Positions 57,435-64,000 of a stretch of 64,000 nucleotides of DNA are shown piece by piece (the first letter of the stretch is position 1; the number at the start of each line of letters is the position of its first letter). This stretch comes from a virus. Made by a program: the position numbers and the translations under genes. The notes below the pieces were generated by a model that saw only the letters and a program-made list of their open reading frames with translations, did not search any database and had not been told where the DNA came from. The DNA lies in the IMG/VR virus record IMGVR_UViG_3300033064_001806, positions 32,001 to 96,000 of that record, one strand, 5' to 3'.

Positions 57435-57981
57435 TGAACCAAATATTGAATCGAGTTATTCTATAAATAATTTAGGGCGTACCATTTACCAAACAGTTTT
57501 GGATTACAAACCAGAACGAGTTATTGAATTTGGTGCACTCTATGGTTATTCTACTATTTGTATTGCGTCTGCTCTGAGGGAACTTGGTAGGGGTAAACTT
57601 GTATGTTATGACATTTGGGACAAGTATCAATACAAACACGCATCTATAAATGAAACTTATGCTAATGTTATTAAGTATGATTTAACTGACTATGTTGAAT
57701 TACAGGAAATGGATTTTTATGAATGGGTATCGAACCCAACTGATTTTGATTTAATGCATTTGGATATTTCTAACGATGGTTCTACAATTGAATTAGTTCA
57801 TGATTCACTTATTAAGAACAGAAAGTCCGGTGTAGTTTTATTTGAAGGTGGTACGGTTGAACGAGATAATGTTGAATGGATGATTAAGTACAATAAAAAA
57901 CCATTCAGTTCAATACAGAAAAAAGTTCAGTATGAAATTGTTAACCCTATGTTTCCTTCACTTTCCAAAATAGTTTTATGA
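57424..57981 (+). CDS. Class I SAM-dependent methyltransferase
   Basis: VIEFGALYGYST, YD.W, DLMHLD. Confidence 0.85.
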   Translation: MIFNEPNIESSYSINNLGRTIYQTVLDYKPERVIEFGALYGYSTICIASALRELGRGKLVCYDIWDKYQYKHASINETYANVIKYDLTDYVELQEMDFYEWVSNPTDFDLMHLDISNDGSTIELVHDSLIKNRKSGVVLFEGGTVERDNVEWMIKYNKKPFSSIQKKVQYEIVNPMFPSLSKIVL

Positions 57982-58895
57982 AAATAGCGTTCTTTACAGA
58001 AATGGAGTTCAACGGTAAGATACTAAGAACACATGAAAATATGAGAACTGAATTTGCTTGGATGTGTGCATTGAATGCAACTCATTATACCATTGGTCAA
58101 ATTCCAAATGAAGAATATGATTTGGGTGTAATTATTATTCCTAAGAATAATCCAAACTTTAATATAGATGACTTAAAATCAAGTTGTAAGCAAGTAGCAA
58201 TAATGCAAGAAGGACCAAATTGGTTCTGGCAAGATTATGATTTAGCAAAACAGATTTGGTATTTTAACACATTAACTTCAGCAGATATTATATTTACTCA
58301 CAATAAAGTTGATCAAACGTATTATCAAGGATTAACTTCCCATCCCGATGTTCGTGTGTTACCATCACTCATGATAGAAGAAGCAGTTGGTAATATTCCA
58401 AGTGTAGAAAGAAGTGGTGTTATAATAGGTGGTAATTTTGTATCTTGGTATGGTGGATTTGATTCATATATAATTGCTTCTGATTTAAGTGATGAAATCC
58501 ATGCACCATCTATGGGCAGACGGCAAGAAGGTGAAGAAAATTTAATCAAACACTTACCTTACATGAATTGGAAAGAATGGATTCACACACTAAATAAATT
58601 TAAGTGGGGTGTTCATTTAATGCGAACTCATGCAGCGGGTACGTTTTCATTGAATTGTTCTTATCTTGGTATTCCTTGTATTGGTTATAACGGATTAGAC
58701 ACGCAAGAAATACTTCACCCAAACCTTACAGTTGATATTGGAGATTTACAAACAGCACGTAAGTTAGCATTAGAATTAAAGAAAGATAGCGATTTTTATA
58801 AAGAGCAGAGTGATATTACTAAAAAAATGTATAAGGAGTTTTATAGTGAAGATAAGTTTTATTCAACCTTCAAGAAACAATTTAAAATATCTTAA
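57978..58895 (+). CDS. Putative GT-B-like glycosyltransferase
   Basis: C-terminal GTFSLNCSYLGIPCIG resembles a GT-B nucleotide-sugar loop; cluster context. Confidence 0.55.
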   Translation: MKIAFFTEMEFNGKILRTHENMRTEFAWMCALNATHYTIGQIPNEEYDLGVIIIPKNNPNFNIDDLKSSCKQVAIMQEGPNWFWQDYDLAKQIWYFNTLTSADIIFTHNKVDQTYYQGLTSHPDVRVLPSLMIEEAVGNIPSVERSGVIIGGNFVSWYGGFDSYIIASDLSDEIHAPSMGRRQEGEENLIKHLPYMNWKEWIHTLNKFKWGVHLMRTHAAGTFSLNCSYLGIPCIGYNGLDTQEILHPNLTVDIGDLQTARKLALELKKDSDFYKEQSDITKKMYKEFYSEDKFYSTFKKQFKIS

Positions 58896-60030
58896 ATGGT
58901 CGTATGATGCAATAAGAAAAAATCAAGGAAACCATACAGTAGAAATATGTGTAGCAGATGACTTTAGTAATGATGGTACATGGGAATGGTGTAAAAAGAA
59001 AATGGAAGTTGATTCTAACTTCAAAGCCATTCGTAATGATGGACCAACAAGAATTGGTCATACAATTTTATACGATAAATTAATTAATGAAGTTTCTTCA
59101 CATGATATATGTATGATTTATCATGCCGATATGTACCTGTGTCCAGGTGCGTTGGATTCTATTGAAAAGTATATAGCACCTAAAACTATTGTTTCACTGA
59201 CGAGAATTGAACCACCACTACATCCTAAAGGTCCAGAAAAAGTTTTATTGGATTGTGGAATTGAACCAGAAGAATTTAATGAAGAAAAATTATTATCCGA
59301 ATTAAATTTATTACAAATTGGTGAAAAAATAACGGAAGGTATATTCGCACCGTGGGCATTTATGAAAGCTGATTTTCAAGAAATTGGTGGCCATGATCCA
59401 TTGTATGCTCCTCAATCAAAAGAAGATAGTGATATTTTCAATAGGTTTCAATTGAACGGTGTTAAATTTATTCAAACATGGCAGGGGTTTGTATATCACA
59501 TGACTTGCAGAGGAAGTAGATTTAATCCAACATTAACTGAACCAGGCAAGAATAGTTCAGAATGGGAAGAACAAAACTTACGTTCAACTAGAAACTTTAT
59601 TCGTAAGTGGGGTAGTTTTGTTTTGCATGATGAACTATTGAAACCAATAATTACTCACAAATATGATATTGGTATAGTTCTACGTAATTGTACATTACCA
59701 TTATTAGAACTGTCTGAAATATTCTGTTCAAACATTTATGTAGATTTAGATTCAGAATTGATTAAAAGCTACATAGTTAAGGAACAACCAAATACTAAGT
59801 TTGCTTTATCATATAGAATCCGTTCGATTGATGCAGAAAAAGATAATGATATTGTCTTTGAATTTGATGGAAATAATTGGACACAACAGGTAAGAGATAT
59901 GATAATACACTTACCAAATGTTTTAACTGCAAATGAAATAGAAATCGGTGAATATGAACTTGATTTCTGTAATGTAAGTGTTAAAAAGGTAAAATACTAC
60001 GAGAATAATTTGATAAAGTTGCATCAATAA
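58846..60030 (+). CDS. GT2-family glycosyltransferase
   Basis: DD.S.DGT, HADM, GG.D, EDSD; GTG 58846 after AGGAG. Confidence 0.85.
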   Translation: MKISFIQPSRNNLKYLKWSYDAIRKNQGNHTVEICVADDFSNDGTWEWCKKKMEVDSNFKAIRNDGPTRIGHTILYDKLINEVSSHDICMIYHADMYLCPGALDSIEKYIAPKTIVSLTRIEPPLHPKGPEKVLLDCGIEPEEFNEEKLLSELNLLQIGEKITEGIFAPWAFMKADFQEIGGHDPLYAPQSKEDSDIFNRFQLNGVKFIQTWQGFVYHMTCRGSRFNPTLTEPGKNSSEWEEQNLRSTRNFIRKWGSFVLHDELLKPIITHKYDIGIVLRNCTLPLLELSEIFCSNIYVDLDSELIKSYIVKEQPNTKFALSYRIRSIDAEKDNDIVFEFDGNNWTQQVRDMIIHLPNVLTANEIEIGEYELDFCNVSVKKVKYYENNLIKLHQ

Positions 60031-60083
60031 TAATTCATTATATATTTATTGGTATATGTATTAAAAAAATATGAGAGACATTG

Positions 60084-60440
60084 ATGCATCAAGTAGCAGC
60101 GCAATTAGTTCAAGTTGAAACACAGCTTCGTTTTTTTCATTGGCAAACCAAGTCATATGCACGTCATAAAGCATACGGAAAAACTTATGATGCAATTACT
60201 GGCAAGATTGATACATTTGTGGAAGTATTGATGGGTAAATATGGACGTGTTCCTGCGATGCCTATGAAGATTTACAATAGCAATGAGAAAGATATAAATT
60301 CGTTTATAGAAGAAACCATTACATTTTTGATTGGGTTTTCTACTATGTTCGATCCAAATACTGATTCAGATTTATTGAATATAAGAGATGAAATGTTAGC
60401 AGAGTTTAATAAGCTCAAATATTTGATTACATTAAAATAA
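60084..60440 (+). CDS. Ferritin/Dps-like four-helix protein
   Basis: HWQT..YA.H.A....YD....D.FVE...G; LLNIRDEM...YL. Confidence 0.75.
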   Translation: MHQVAAQLVQVETQLRFFHWQTKSYARHKAYGKTYDAITGKIDTFVEVLMGKYGRVPAMPMKIYNSNEKDINSFIEETITFLIGFSTMFDPNTDSDLLNIRDEMLAEFNKLKYLITLK

Positions 60441-60451
60441 TAAGAGGTGTT

Positions 60452-60634
60452 ATGATGAATGAAGAAATTAGAAACAAAGAATCAAAGGGGTTCGGTGATA
60501 CTATTGCTAAAGTTACAAATGCATTAGGTTTAGATAAAGTTGCTGAAACAGTAGCACATGCAGTTGGTAAAGAAGATTGCGGTTGCAATAAAAGAAAAGA
60601 AAAATTAAATGATATGTTTCCATACAATAGATGA
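60452..60634 (+). CDS. Small conserved phage protein
   Basis: SKG.GDT.AK.T...G......DCGC..RKEKLN..FPY. Confidence 0.6.
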   Translation: MMNEEIRNKESKGFGDTIAKVTNALGLDKVAETVAHAVGKEDCGCNKRKEKLNDMFPYNR

Positions 60635-60825
60635 CACCTAAATCTATACATAAGATAGCTACTAAGATGGATGTAGCATGGGATGGCGATAAAAATTTTA
60701 TGTCATGGTGTCAGACAATTGTTGGTAAAGAACATTTAGATGATATGTCAGAAGTTGAACTCATTATGATTTACAATAGATTAAAAAATGGTAAATTTCC
60801 AGAATCACTAAGAGCAAATGAATAA
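60631..60825 (+). CDS. Small hypothetical protein
   Basis: ORF with W.GD..FM.W....GK.HLD. Confidence 0.5.
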   Translation: MTPKSIHKIATKMDVAWDGDKNFMSWCQTIVGKEHLDDMSEVELIMIYNRLKNGKFPESLRANE

Positions 60826-61249
60826 TATCAATTACATAACACCTGAAGAATTGTCTAATATAAAGAAGCCAGCAGCGTCAGGTGTACTTGTTATGAATAG
60901 TGCCGATGAGTTTCTTTTAACAAAAAGAACTTCAAAAGCACAATATCTTGGTGGGTATTGGTCAGTACCGTCTGGCGAATCAAACGTAAATGAATTAGAA
61001 TCTTTAGAAGATTGTGCTCGCAGAGAGTTCTTTGAAGAAACAACACACACTATACCAAAGAATGAAAAAATAATATGTATTGATAGATACTACGCTGATG
61101 AAAGATTATACTTTCTTTTTTTATACAGAACTAAAAGTAGATTTTTTATAAAGATAGATTGGGAACATGAAGATTTGGGTTGGTTTACCAAAGACAATTT
61201 GCCGCAACCGATTGCTCCTCAAATTTTAGATGGAATTAATAGGATATAA
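60818..61249 (+). CDS. NUDIX hydrolase
   Basis: Nudix-like box PSG...E.LEDCARREFFEET; EH...WF. Confidence 0.85.
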   Translation: MNNINYITPEELSNIKKPAASGVLVMNSADEFLLTKRTSKAQYLGGYWSVPSGESNVNELESLEDCARREFFEETTHTIPKNEKIICIDRYYADERLYFLFLYRTKSRFFIKIDWEHEDLGWFTKDNLPQPIAPQILDGINRI

Positions 61250-61250
61250 A

Positions 61251-61595
61251 ATGAAAAATAAAAATCCATATAAAGAAATTAATGACGCTAATTATATAAT
61301 AGATATGATGAGAGAGGATGTATTTGGACATAGAGTAACTATGGTAACTGCTAAAGATACTAACAAATTGAAAAATAAGTTATATCAGCCAACTACTGAT
61401 GCAGAGAAAGAAGATTTTGTTGCAATAGTCGAACCGATTATGAATAGAAAATCTTACATTTCAAAGGAAAGAGATCCAAACTTAGATTCATTTATAGATA
61501 TTGATACGAGAGTAAGTCAACAAGATTTTACAGGTGAACCTGATATGGATGAATTAGATTTTGATGAATTGCTTGGTGATGAAGATTTAGATTAA
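61251..61595 (+). CDS. Hypothetical protein with an acidic tail
   Basis: ORF; ATG 61251 preferred. Confidence 0.5.
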   Translation: MKNKNPYKEINDANYIIDMMREDVFGHRVTMVTAKDTNKLKNKLYQPTTDAEKEDFVAIVEPIMNRKSYISKERDPNLDSFIDIDTRVSQQDFTGEPDMDELDFDELLGDEDLD

Positions 61596-61640
61596 GATGT
61601 ATTGTTTATTTAATAAATTTTTAGTATATTTGTAACCTCA

Positions 61641-62234
61641 TTGGAGAGTATAATGAGTGAAATTAAAAAGTTCGTAATAAAAGAAATACGAGATGTATTG
61701 CGAGAAGAAAAACACAAACAGAAAATTAAAGAATTATCTGGCATACTTTTTGAAGCAATTGAAACAGCAAATGTTGTTAAGAGTAATCCAAAAAGATTTG
61801 CAATTGCAAAAAAAATTATTAAAATAACAGAGGGTGATTTAATAAAAGAATATCATAAAGAAGGTGAAGGTAAAATGTTCAAAGCTCAATTACTTTCTAT
61901 TATGCATAATGCAAAACAGATTTATGAAATGATCGATGAGCATGATGAGTTTGAAGATTGGTTACAATCAAAAGTTACAATAGCAGAAGATTATTTAAGA
62001 GCAATTCACGGTTATATTAAGTATTATAATGGAGACGAAGACATGGGTACTGAGTTTGAAGACGAGATTGAATTAGACGGTGAGAAGGCGAACTTCAGCG
62101 ATGAAGAATCAGCAGAGTATTCAGATGCCGCATTTGATGAAGATGGTGTAGTTTATGGTGATGATGAATGGGAAGATGATGACGAAGCCTTTGATTACTT
62201 CATAGAAGATGAAGAAGACACTTTAGCATTATAG
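61641..62234 (+). CDS. Hypothetical protein with an EG.M...QL...W.QSK...A.DY domain and acidic tail, putative head-associated
   Basis: Repeated I/L-x-E motifs; conserved-looking central helix pair. Confidence 0.55.
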   Translation: MESIMSEIKKFVIKEIRDVLREEKHKQKIKELSGILFEAIETANVVKSNPKRFAIAKKIIKITEGDLIKEYHKEGEGKMFKAQLLSIMHNAKQIYEMIDEHDEFEDWLQSKVTIAEDYLRAIHGYIKYYNGDEDMGTEFEDEIELDGEKANFSDEESAEYSDAAFDEDGVVYGDDEWEDDDEAFDYFIEDEEDTLAL

Positions 62235-62240
62235 GAAACT

Positions 62241-62447
62241 ATGATAACTACATTTTTATTTTCGGACGGTTGGCGTTTTATTTCTAGTGATGGTAGTTAT
62301 ATAAGCATTTCAAAAGATGAATTGGAAAATTATAGACTCAACGAAATTACAGACGATGAGATAAAAGCGTTATGTTATGGTTATATTACTGGAAAATCAT
62401 TTTTGAATTTTTCAACAGAAGGAATTGAACAGAGTTATGAATTTTAA
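62241..62447 (+). CDS. Hypothetical protein
   Basis: ORF track; AGGA RBS. Confidence 0.45.
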   Translation: MITTFLFSDGWRFISSDGSYISISKDELENYRLNEITDDEIKALCYGYITGKSFLNFSTEGIEQSYEF

Positions 62448-62724
62448 TACAAGAACTATTATTGATTTAATTACCCTTGACGATGACTTAAAAGATAAAT
62501 TAAATAGAATAGTAGATGATGAGAAGTTATTCTTACTTAGTATGGGTGACAGTTCAATTGATGAAGCTGAATTTATTGCCTCGGTCTCTCCATTAATACA
62601 TGATAATCTTAAACGATACGTTAAACTCGATTTAAGAAGTACGGATTTAAGTTTTTTGAAAGGAATAATTAATCTAAATAAGGTTGATTACAAATTGGTT
62701 TTTGAAAGTATCAAACAGGTTTAA
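62425..62724 (+). CDS. Hypothetical protein
   Basis: ORF track. Confidence 0.45.
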   Translation: MNRVMNFNTRTIIDLITLDDDLKDKLNRIVDDEKLFLLSMGDSSIDEAEFIASVSPLIHDNLKRYVKLDLRSTDLSFLKGIINLNKVDYKLVFESIKQV

Positions 62725-62729
62725 TTGTT

Positions 62730-62897
62730 ATGTTAAATAAAATATTTGAATTTATTGGTGTTGGTATATTAACACCTATATTATATACAATGTATTTTCT
62801 GATGGTTGTTATCGCTACATTTATATTCGCATTACCGATTGGTGTTGGCATATATATAATTGATTTAACAATAAAAAGATTCTTTGGTGGTTTTTAG
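62730..62897 (+). CDS. 55-aa membrane protein, not in the ORF track
   Basis: MLNKIFEFIGVGILTPILYTMYFLMVVIATFIFALPIGVGIYIIDLTIKRFFGGF. Confidence 0.55.
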   Translation: MLNKIFEFIGVGILTPILYTMYFLMVVIATFIFALPIGVGIYIIDLTIKRFFGGF

Positions 62898-62899
62898 TT

Positions 62900-63087
62900 A
62901 TGCCATCTATGATTTTAAGTGTGAAGAATGTGGAAATATAAAAGAGTATTATGTTCCATCAACAACTTCAATTCCAGAAAATTGTTATTGCGGTAAGAAA
63001 TGTGAATTAATAAAAGTGGAATCGTTCAGTTCAAGTAAACCCATACTAAAGGGAAACGGATTTTACGAAACCGATTATAAAACATAA
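62900..63087 (+). pseudogene. FmdB-family zinc-ribbon protein with an apparent 1-nt deletion just after the start codon
   Basis: IYDFKCEECG...C.C...LKG.GFY.TDY; ATG-CC-ATC is one base short of the canonical MPIY start. Confidence 0.6.
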
Positions 63088-63099
63088 AATGAGGTTGTT

Positions 63100-63432
63100 A
63101 TGAATTATCCTAAATATAGGACAAGTAAAAGCATTCAAGTAAAATTAGCACCACAAGTTGCTGTTATGGGATGTGAATATAAACATTTAGTTAGAGCGTT
63201 TGGTAATCCAAATTTGGCGGCAGATTATGGTGACGAGTTTGATGGTGTAGAAAAATGTGCTTGGCATATTCAATTTGAAACAGGTCAGGTTGCTATAATT
63301 TCAGATGTTCGACCATTTGGTATTCATGACATGGATTATAGAATTGTAAAAGAATGGAGAGTAAACGCACATGACACACTAGTTTACGATTGGATAAAAG
63401 AGATAGTTAGGGATATGAACCCAAACGCATAA
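63100..63432 (+). CDS. Hypothetical phage protein
   Basis: Y..LV..FG.P...K..W...F motif; GAGG RBS. Confidence 0.55.
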   Translation: MNYPKYRTSKSIQVKLAPQVAVMGCEYKHLVRAFGNPNLAADYGDEFDGVEKCAWHIQFETGQVAIISDVRPFGIHDMDYRIVKEWRVNAHDTLVYDWIKEIVRDMNPNA

Positions 63433-63460
63433 ACAATATTAATTAAAAAAGGAGTCAATT

Positions 63461-63622
63461 GTGAAAAGTATTATATTTCTAATAGTATTATTATGCTGTA
63501 TTACGGCACATTCAAACGAAAATCCAATTAAGTCTAAACAACATAAAAAAGATCATTCGTGTTGTAAAAAAGATACAACAAATAATAAATCAAATAAACA
63601 AGATATACCAAAGTTTCAATAA
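63461..63622 (+). CDS. 53-aa secreted-type peptide, not in the ORF track
   Basis: GTG after AGGAG; MKSIIFLIVLLCCITAHS signal-like, then a His/Cys/Lys-rich HKKDHSCCKK segment. Confidence 0.5.
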   Translation: MKSIIFLIVLLCCITAHSNENPIKSKQHKKDHSCCKKDTTNNKSNKQDIPKFQ

Positions 63623-63645
63623 ACATTTAGAAGGAGTAAAACACA

Positions 63646-64000
63646 ATGAAGTATATCATTGTAGTGTTTCTCGCAGTTATGTCAATGACTGCAGGAGACA
63701 CACAACCATATCTATTGAAAAAAATAGTTAGTGGTGGAAACGGTAATGCAACTCTCGGTCAAGTAGTTGCTGGTTATAAGAATGGCTATCATGTTGGAAT
63801 ACGCACACCAAGGGTACTTACAACTTCTGTGAACGAACCAATTCCAATGAAATTATCAGGATTAGCGTTTCCTAATCCAACATCAGATGGAATAGTAAGA
63901 ATAGATGTGCCAAACCCAATGCGAATTGAAGTGTCTGATTTGAAAGGATTTACAATCGGTGATGGAATTGATTTATTATCAAAACAAATTCAACTTCCAT
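63646..64000 (+). CDS. Signal peptide plus T9SS type A C-terminal sorting domain-like protein (3' partial), not in the ORF track
   Basis: MKYIIVVFLAVMSMTA...VSGG...TLGQ...TTSVNE...AFPNPTSDG.V.I...I.V.DLKG; AAGGAG RBS. Confidence 0.7.
   Translation, partial: MKYIIVVFLAVMSMTAGDTQPYLLKKIVSGGNGNATLGQVVAGYKNGYHVGIRTPRVLTTSVNEPIPMKLSGLAFPNPTSDGIVRIDVPNPMRIEVSDLKGFTIGDGIDLLSKQIQLP

Noticed and set aside
594-61050. Many minus-strand and nested alternative-frame ORFs in the track (e.g. 3233-3826, 3977-4765, 5456-5962)
   Set aside because: They are shadows of long plus-strand genes with recognisable motifs, and have no motifs or RBS of their own.
1-64000. Stop-codon reassignment (code 15 or 4)
   Set aside because: Core genes are full length under code 11, and TAG and TGA both end genes at sensible boundaries.
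1-64000. tRNA/rRNA genes
   Set aside because: No cloverleaf or T-loop signature seen in the short intergenic regions by eye; tRNAscan-SE was not run.

Overview
AT-rich (roughly 30% GC by eye), densely coding, all-plus-strand segment of a large contractile-tailed dsDNA phage (jumbo-phage-like, T4-type replisome), standard genetic code. Order: (1) 1-16.3 kb tail/baseplate module: tail assembly chaperone pair with a candidate slippery site, tape measure, a 2545-aa repeat protein, a LysM/gpX-like protein and a hub. (2) 16.3-27.3 kb: divergent minimal PolA, putative internal head proteins, gp32 SSB, UvsX/RecA, 5'-3' exonuclease, gp41 helicase, class II RNR. (3) 27.3-36.9 kb: small genes, a virion protein, a thioredoxin / thymidylate-synthase-like / AsnB-like / PLP enzyme / dUTPase operon (candidate new pyrimidine hypermodification pathway) and a T3-SAMase-like protein. 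(4) 37-47.6 kb: PolB, clamp, two DNA methyltransferase-like genes, clamp loader, Nmad1, MetK, PD-(D/E)XK nuclease. (5) 47.7-60 kb: an RHH gene with tandem operator-like repeats ahead of a ~12 kb glycan biosynthesis cluster. (6) 60-64 kb: small genes ending in a T9SS-CTD-like secreted protein. TAnnTTTG promoters, an Hc1-like protein and the T9SS-like cargo point to a Bacteroidota/FCB-group host. Best candidates for a new system: a SAM 'destroy-then-resupply' module (SAM lyase-like + MetK + methyltransferases) and the TS-like/AsnB/PLP/dUTPase base-modification operon. All family calls come from motif recognition by eye; no searches were run.
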